From contig DASRWD010000013.1 in assembly GCA_035654755.1 (NCBI GenBank), positions 1-55,405 on the forward strand: DNA of 55,405 nt. The letters run 5' to 3'. This DNA comes from Trueperaceae bacterium. Lineage in GTDB: Bacteria > Deinococcota > Deinococci > Deinococcales > Trueperaceae. Positions 47,319 to 55,405 of this stretch are shown piece by piece. Under the pieces are notes generated by a model. It did not search any database and had not been told where the DNA came from. It saw only the letters and a list, made by a program, of their open reading frames with translations. The position numbers and the translations under genes are program-made. Each line of letters starts with the position of its first letter. Position 1 is the first letter of the stretch.

Positions 47319-48292
47319 GCCCTCGCGGCCTTGCCGAGGCTCTCTCGCAGGAGCTGCATGACGTCTATCATCGGGGCCTCGTCCTCGTCGTCCGAAGGCT
47401 CTTCCTCCTCCGGCGCATCGTGCACTCCCTTGCCGCTCTTGAGCCGCTTGTCGACGAGCTTGGCGATACGTTTCGACCGCTCGTCCTCCATCTCGGACAG
47501 GTCGAGGGTGTCTGCCGCCAGCGCCTTCGCCGCCTGCTCTATCTCCTTCACCTCGTCCACGTCCGCGGTCTCCAGCTCGGGCAGCCCGACGTCCTCAGGG
47601 GAACGCACCTCGTCGTGGTAGCGCAGGGTCATCCCCCTCAGCGTGCCGCCGACGGAGACGATCGCCAATAGGTAGGAGGTGCCTCGCATCACGAACGTCG
47701 CGATACCGGCACGGTCCTCTTCGGCCATGCTGGCAACGAGGAGGCGGTACGCGGTGGCGGCATCGTCGCCCGGGACCAACACGTACGTGTTCTGGACGTA
47801 GCTGGGGTCCAGGTCGCCGCGCGGCACGAAGACGTCCAGGTCTATGACCCGTGATCGGTCCGGATCGAGAGCTTCCAGCTCCTCGTCCTCGATCATCACG
47901 AACTCGTCGTCACCGATCGGGTAGCCCCTGACGATCTCGTCTGAGGTGAGGATCTCCCCATCGGCCTCGCAGAAGTACCTGCGTGACAGGGGCGTGCCGT
48001 CGGGACCGATCATCCGCAGGGACACGCCTCCGGACCGGGTGGTGGGATAGAGCTCGACCGGCAGGGTGACCAGTCCGAACGCCAGGGTCCCCGACCACAC
48101 GGGCCGCCCACGAGGCACGCGGTCCTCGCGGCCCTTCTTCTCCTTCTTGTCGTTCTTGCTGCTTGTGGAGCCCTTCTTGGCGCCGTTCGAGCCGGAAGCC
48201 TTCGCAGCGCCGGGTTCGGTCCGTTCGGCCCGGGCAGTCTTGCCCTTGGATCTTTTGGACTTGGCCTTAGGCACGGGCCGGCGCCTTGTCAC
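47315..48292 (-). CDS. ku: Ku protein paralog 2 (Lys-rich N-terminal extension, acidic C-terminus)
   Basis: Core RPVWSGTLAFGLVTLPVELY...DEIVRGY. GTG 48292 overlaps the ku1 3' end by 26 nt. An alternative GTG start lies just before the core. Confidence 0.8.
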   Translation of the reverse strand: MTRRRPVPKAKSKRSKGKTARAERTEPGAAKASGSNGAKKGSTSSKNDKKEKKGREDRVPRGRPVWSGTLAFGLVTLPVELYPTTRSGGVSLRMIGPDGTPLSRRYFCEADGEILTSDEIVRGYPIGDDEFVMIEDEELEALDPDRSRVIDLDVFVPRGDLDPSYVQNTYVLVPGDDAATAYRLLVASMAEEDRAGIATFVMRGTSYLLAIVSVGGTLRGMTLRYHDEVRSPEDVGLPELETADVDEVKEIEQAAKALAADTLDLSEMEDERSKRIAKLVDKRLKSGKGVHDAPEEEEPSDDEDEAPMIDVMQLLRESLGKAARA

Positions 48293-49055
48293 TGCCGGAG
48301 GCGAGGCTGCGCTCGAGGGCCGCGGTCAGGTCGTCGGCGCGCGGCCGCTCCTTCGCCTTCTTCCTACGTACCTTCTTGCCGTCACGCTTGCTCTCGATGA
48401 GCTTCTGGACGCTCTCCCTGTACTCGTCCTCGTACGCCTCGGGGTCGAAGTCGTCCGCCAGCATCTGGATCAGCTGGCGCGCCATCTTGAGCTGCTTATC
48501 GTCGAGGTCCTCGCCGGACCGGGGCTCGAACTGCTCGAGCGGCAAGACCTCGCCCGCGTGCTTGAGGGTGACGAGCATGGGGTAACCACGGTGGAGCCGC
48601 AGCGCACCCTGATACTCCTTATCGCGCATCACCCAGTGCGCCACGCCCTCGCGGTCGGTCCGACCCAGGGCCGCGGCCAGGGCGAAGTAGGCCTCCGTAT
48701 CACCGTCCGGCCCCAGGTAGTACGGCCGCTCGAACCACCGGTGCTCGATGACACCGGCCGGCACGAAGCTCCTCACATCTATGTCTCGCGATGCCTCGGG
48801 CTCCAGCTCCTCTAGCTCGTCCGGATCCAGCGACACGATGCGACCCTCGGGCGTGACGTAACCCCGCATGACGTCCTCGTACTCCACGACCTTGCCCGTC
48901 TCGGGGTTGACCATCGCCTGCTTGACCGGTACGCCGTCATCCCGGTGCAGAAGACGGAAGGAGACCCGCTTGTCCTGGACAGCCGAGTAGAGCTTCACGG
49001 GCACGGATACGTCCTCTATCCGAAGCACGCCCTTCCAGATCGCCCGCGCGCTCAC
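48267..49055 (-). CDS. ku: Ku protein paralog 1 (canonical, basic C-terminal tail)
   Basis: RAIWKGVLRIEDVSVPVKLYSA core. C-terminal KRDGKKVRRKKAKERPR tail. GTG overlaps the ligD stop (GTGA). Confidence 0.9.
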   Translation of the reverse strand: MSARAIWKGVLRIEDVSVPVKLYSAVQDKRVSFRLLHRDDGVPVKQAMVNPETGKVVEYEDVMRGYVTPEGRIVSLDPDELEELEPEASRDIDVRSFVPAGVIEHRWFERPYYLGPDGDTEAYFALAAALGRTDREGVAHWVMRDKEYQGALRLHRGYPMLVTLKHAGEVLPLEQFEPRSGEDLDDKQLKMARQLIQMLADDFDPEAYEDEYRESVQKLIESKRDGKKVRRKKAKERPRADDLTAALERSLASGSDKAPARA

Positions 49056-51136
49056 CCCGCCACCTCATCGAGCTCCGCCAGCTTGTCGAGCACCGTGGAG
49101 AGCGGGACCGCAGACTCTTCGAAACCGTCCCAGGGATCCGTCTTCAGCGACGCGATGCGCCGGCGCGCAGAAGCGATGTCGTATGCGCCAGGGTGCTCCA
49201 GCCGACTCAGTTCCTCCCACCTGAGGGGCAGCGCTACCGGCGCGCCCTCGCGGGAGCGCGTCGAGTAGTTGACGATCGCGGTAGAGCCCCTGCCGTTACG
49301 CAGGTAGTCGATGAAGAGCTTCCCTTGCCGCTTCGACTTCGACATGTTCGTGGTCAGCCTTTGAAGGTCGGTCGCAGCCAGTGCTTCGGCGACGGCTTTG
49401 GCGAACCCCTTCACCGCGTCCCAATCGGCCTCGGGTACCAGGGGTACGACCACGTGCAGACCCTTGCCTCCGGTCACGCGCAAGTACGCCCCGAGCCCCA
49501 GTTTGGTCAACAGGTCCCGCAGGCGACGGGCGATCTCCTTGGTGTAGTCGAGGTCCACACCGGGGCTGGGGTCGAGGTCGAAGACGACGATGTCCGGTTG
49601 CTCGAGGTGGTCGACGGTGCTGCCCCAGGCGTGGATCTCGAGCACGCCGAGCTGGACGAGGCTGACCAGATGTGGAACAGACTCCAGGTAGACGTAGTCC
49701 TCTAGGTCCTCCTTCTCCTGGATCTCTATGCGAGGCAGGCCAGGGGCGAAGGACGGTCCGGGATGCTTCTGATAGAAGCACTGTTCGGCCGTGCCCTCCG
49801 GGCACCTGACGAGGGCGAGCGGCCGCTTCGCGGCCCTTCGCAGCAGGAACTCACCGACCGATTCGTAGTACAGGGCGAGGTCCCTCTTCGTGACGCCTTG
49901 CTCCGGATACAGCACGCGCCCCGGGTTGGTGAGGTTCACGCCGGCCACCTCGACCTCGCGCCTGCCGCCGCTCCTCCTGGCCTCGCTCACGCTGACGCCT
50001 CCCTCTGCGCGTCCTTCGACAGCTTCATCGTCACTTCCCTCAGGGCCGCGGTCGCCGTCCTCACGTACGCCGGCCGCAGATTCGTCGTCCTCGCCCGGGC
50101 CGAACTCTGCGACGTCGGCAGGGTCCTTGTCCTCCCGCATGTGGCGGAAGCGGGGGTGCCTCAACCGACCGCCGTCGGTCACGCCAGAGTAGGCGACCTC
50201 CACCACCAGGCGCGGCTCCACCCAGCTGGCTCCGGTCCGGACGGCGTCGGCCGGCAGGCGCTCCACGAACGGTGACTCGTCGGTCGTGAGCGGGCCCAGC
50301 CGCTCGGCCAACGCGGCGATCCCGCCGCGCCCGAAGCCGGTACCGACCTTGCCCACGAACCTCAGCCCTCCGCCAGGCGTGGGGCGGCCCAGCAACAGGG
50401 CCCCGAAGCCGGTCCGCGAGCCGCGCGGCCCCGTGAACCCGCCGACGACCACGTCGTCCGCGAGCAGGCATGTCGTCTTGAGCCAGTCGTCGGTGCGGCC
50501 CGACCTGTACGGCGACCCCAGGCGTTTCGAGACGACGCCCTCCAGTCCCAGGCGGCAGGCGTGCTCGTACACCTCAGTGCCCGGCACGTCCAAGTGGGCC
50601 GTGAACCGGAGCAGCCCACTCGCGCCCTTGAGTACCTGCCGCAGCGCCGCCTTGCGCTCCTCTAGCGGCGCGGGGCGGTAGTCGCGGCCATCCAGGTAGA
50701 GGAGGTCGAAGAGCTGGTAGGTGAGGCGTGCCCCCGTCGCTCTGGGGCGCGGTGAGCGAGGCTGGGCCGCGCGCTGCAGCGCCCCGAAGTCTGGCCTGCC
50801 GTCGGCTCCCAGCGCGATCAGCTCGCCGTCGAGGAGCGCGGACTCCACGTCCAGCTCCTCGAGTGCCTGCGCCACGGACGGGAACCTATCGGTCCAGTCC
50901 AGTCCGTTGCGCGTCAGCAGCCGGGCCTCTCCGCCTTCGAGCCTGGCGGCCAGGCGGTAACCGTCGAACTTGACCTCGTGGACCCAATCTCCGCCGCGCG
51001 GGGGGCGCTCCGCAAGCCTCGCCAACGCCACGCCGACGCGTTTCGGGAACGGAGCGTTCACGGCCTCCGAGGCCCACACGACGCGTGAGCCACGCGTCGC
51101 GGTGGCGCCGCTCGGACTGGTGGACTGGACGGCCAC
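49052..51136 (-). CDS. ligD: ATP-dependent DNA ligase LigD, ligase + polymerase/primase domains, no phosphoesterase domain
   Basis: EVKFDGYR motif I and an OB-fold ending RFRHMREDK. An acidic linker follows, then a PolDom with VVFDLDP and GGKGLHVVVP motifs. No HYDLRLE-type PE motif is seen. Confidence 0.9.
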   Translation of the reverse strand: MAVQSTSPSGATATRGSRVVWASEAVNAPFPKRVGVALARLAERPPRGGDWVHEVKFDGYRLAARLEGGEARLLTRNGLDWTDRFPSVAQALEELDVESALLDGELIALGADGRPDFGALQRAAQPRSPRPRATGARLTYQLFDLLYLDGRDYRPAPLEERKAALRQVLKGASGLLRFTAHLDVPGTEVYEHACRLGLEGVVSKRLGSPYRSGRTDDWLKTTCLLADDVVVGGFTGPRGSRTGFGALLLGRPTPGGGLRFVGKVGTGFGRGGIAALAERLGPLTTDESPFVERLPADAVRTGASWVEPRLVVEVAYSGVTDGGRLRHPRFRHMREDKDPADVAEFGPGEDDESAAGVREDGDRGPEGSDDEAVEGRAEGGVSVSEARRSGGRREVEVAGVNLTNPGRVLYPEQGVTKRDLALYYESVGEFLLRRAAKRPLALVRCPEGTAEQCFYQKHPGPSFAPGLPRIEIQEKEDLEDYVYLESVPHLVSLVQLGVLEIHAWGSTVDHLEQPDIVVFDLDPSPGVDLDYTKEIARRLRDLLTKLGLGAYLRVTGGKGLHVVVPLVPEADWDAVKGFAKAVAEALAATDLQRLTTNMSKSKRQGKLFIDYLRNGRGSTAIVNYSTRSREGAPVALPLRWEELSRLEHPGAYDIASARRRIASLKTDPWDGFEESAVPLSTVLDKLAELDEVAG

Positions 51137-51306
51137 GTCCCAAGGTAGGGCCCGAGGATGAGAGCCGGGGTCCCGATGTCCTCAGGGACCTCGGGTCCGC
51201 TTCTTCTGTGGACCATATGATCCGCCGGACGCCGCGGTCTTGGAGCGCCGGTCCCCAAGCGGCGGCCGGAGTCACCGGGCGACCAGGGCACTTCGTATCG
51301 CGGGGC

Positions 51307-51336
51307 TTGCGTCCACGGCAGGCGTAGCCCTATACT
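51307..51336 (+). promoter_or_regulatory. candidate str-operon promoter TTGCGT-N18-TATACT
   Basis: -35 at 51307..51312 and -10 at 51331..51336. This would give a ~200-nt 5' UTR. Confidence 0.4.
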
Positions 51337-51389
51337 TGTTCGGTTTGTCCGCCCCCTGGCCCGCAACGCTGGGTCCGGGGGATGGTTTG

Positions 51390-51415
51390 TCGTGAGTGCA
51401 AACTCGTGAGTGCAA
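51390..51415. repeat. tandem direct repeat TCGTGAGTGCAA-AC-TCGTGAGTGCAA
   Basis: Two exact 12-mers with a 14-nt period, read directly from the sequence. A related CTTGCAAC lies at 51435..51442. Confidence 0.85.
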
Positions 51416-51544
51416 CAAGGGCGTAAGCCGGCGACTTGCAACGCGTAGATCTTGAGGCTCGCAGCGGTACCTGGGCGATAAGAGCCTGCACGCAAGAGAC
51501 CTTCGCGCTAGGTGGCGTGGGGAAAGAAAGAGGGAGTGATCGTT

Positions 51545-51943
51545 CTGCCAACGGTTAACCAACTGCTCCGGAAGGGGCGCCGGAAGATCGAGAGAAAGAG
51601 CAAGACGCCCGCGCTCAAGGGCTCGCCCCAGCGCCGTGGTGTCTGCACCGCCGTCAAGACCCAGACCCCGAAGAAGCCCAACTCGGCGCTTCGGAAGATC
51701 GCCCGTGTACGTCTCTCCGGTGGCCAGGAAGTCACGGCTTACATACCGGGTGAGAAGCACAACCTGCAGGAGCACTCCGTCGTCCTCATCCGCGGCGGCC
51801 GTGTGAAGGACCTACCGGGCGTCCGTTATCACATCGTTCGCGGCGCTCTCGACGCCCAGGGCGTCGGCGTGGGCCGTTACGTCCAGCGCAACCAGGGCCG
51901 CAGCAAGTACGGCACCAAGAAGCCGAAGGCAGGAGCACGTTAG
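51545..51943 (+). CDS. rpsL: 30S ribosomal protein S12
   Basis: [11 protein letters not shown]...[11 protein letters not shown]...[16 protein letters not shown] motifs. A CTG 51545 start would give the canonical M-P-T N-terminus 8 nt after GAGGGAG. In-frame GTG alternatives are at 51536 and 51512. Confidence 0.9.
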   Translation: MPTVNQLLRKGRRKIERKSKTPALKGSPQRRGVCTAVKTQTPKKPNSALRKIARVRLSGGQEVTAYIPGEKHNLQEHSVVLIRGGRVKDLPGVRYHIVRGALDAQGVGVGRYVQRNQGRSKYGTKKPKAGAR

Positions 51944-51945
51944 GC

Positions 51946-52416
51946 ATGGGACGTCGTAGGCGCGCAGAGGTCCGCAAGCTCCAACCCGACCTCGTTTACA
52001 GCGACACCACCGTCACCGCCCTCATCAACAAGCTGATGAAGGGTGGCAAGAAGAACCTCGCCAGCCGCATCTTCTACGGCGCCTGCCGGCTCATACAGGA
52101 GCGCACCGGCCAGGAGCCCCTGAAGGTCGTGAGGCAGGCCCTCGACAACATCCGTCCTCGCATCGAGGTCCGCAGCCGCCGCGTCGGCGGTTCCACTTAC
52201 CAGGTCCCCGTCGAGGTCATCCCACGTCGGGCCCAGTCCCTGTCGCTGCGTTGGCTCGTCGCCGCGTGCGACGCGCGTCCCGAGCGGACCGCCGTCGAAC
52301 GCGTCGCCGGTGAGCTCATCGACGCCGCGGCCGGCCGTGGTGGCGCAGTCAAGAAGAAGGAGGACGTCGAGCGCATGGCGGAGGCGAACCGCGCCTACGC
52401 TCATTACCGCTGGTGA
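51946..52416 (+). CDS. rpsG: 30S ribosomal protein S7
   Basis: The full-length 156-aa ORF reads as S7, ending ...[10 protein letters not shown]. Confidence 0.95.
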   Translation: MGRRRRAEVRKLQPDLVYSDTTVTALINKLMKGGKKNLASRIFYGACRLIQERTGQEPLKVVRQALDNIRPRIEVRSRRVGGSTYQVPVEVIPRRAQSLSLRWLVAACDARPERTAVERVAGELIDAAAGRGGAVKKKEDVERMAEANRAYAHYRW

Positions 52417-52448
52417 CCCTCAGGGCGCCTGCAGCGACGGAACCCAAG

Positions 52449-54518
<2,070 letters not shown>

Positions 54519-54549
54519 GCGCGACTACCTAGTAGCAGGGAGCATCAAG

Positions 54550-55405
<856 letters not shown>

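Overview
This is a 55.4-kb, densely packed bacterial chromosomal core region. It is visibly very GC-rich (roughly two-thirds G+C by eye, not computed) with strong GC3 bias. I support about 52 CDS and one tRNA. I see no rRNA, CRISPR array, transposase, integrase or phage genes.

Lineage: EF-Tu, EF-G, S12, the family-4 UDG and an 889-aa PilF-type ATPase with three N-terminal GSPII domains all look Thermus/Deinococcus-like. A Deinococcus-Thermus lineage is my inference only, and I cannot name a species.

Content, in order:
- E2-like PSBD protein, pspC-like gene, ubiX-ispD-ispE
- ThuA / Gfo-Idh-MocA / zincin operon
- leuC-leuD-leuB-ilvD
- yqeG-pilF-pilT-ATP-grasp
- alpha/beta hydrolase, tatD, rlpA, trpBA, gluQ, sucCD
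- mog, DUF456-type membrane protein, lgt, GlmU-N
- sucrose-phosphate synthase and phosphatase, carA, dtd
- udg, recN plus a coupled zinc-ribbon gene
- HMGL-like lyase, nrnA, htrA-like protease, tRNA-Ile(GAU)
- ispH-dusA, acyl-CoA dehydrogenase, aroH
- an ArsR-type regulator with small orphan genes
- a Sua5-PurE fusion with purK
- ligD-ku-ku
- rpsL-rpsG-fusA-tuf

Gene starts fall into three classes. Some have a -10-like hexamer 5-9 nt upstream of the start codon and no Shine-Dalgarno (leaderless type). Some overlap the upstream stop by 4 nt (ATGA, GTGA or TTGA). A minority have a clear GGAGG-type Shine-Dalgarno.

Most interesting candidates:
1. An in-frame Sua5/TsaC-PurE fusion translationally coupled to purK.
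2. A PE-less ligD followed by two Ku paralogs with swapped charged tails.
3. An unannotated 38-aa basic ORF with a perfect TTGACA-N17-TATACT promoter and GGAGG.
4. A leaderless 25-aa leader peptide (rare CUA-CUA, then GUG and AUA) plus a hairpin upstream of leuCDB-ilvD.
5. A zinc-ribbon ORF coupled to recN.
6. Several enzymes with lost catalytic or cofactor residues: E2-like, alpha/beta hydrolase, Cys-less UDG, GlmU without its acetyltransferase domain.

No database search was possible, so novelty claims are hypotheses.
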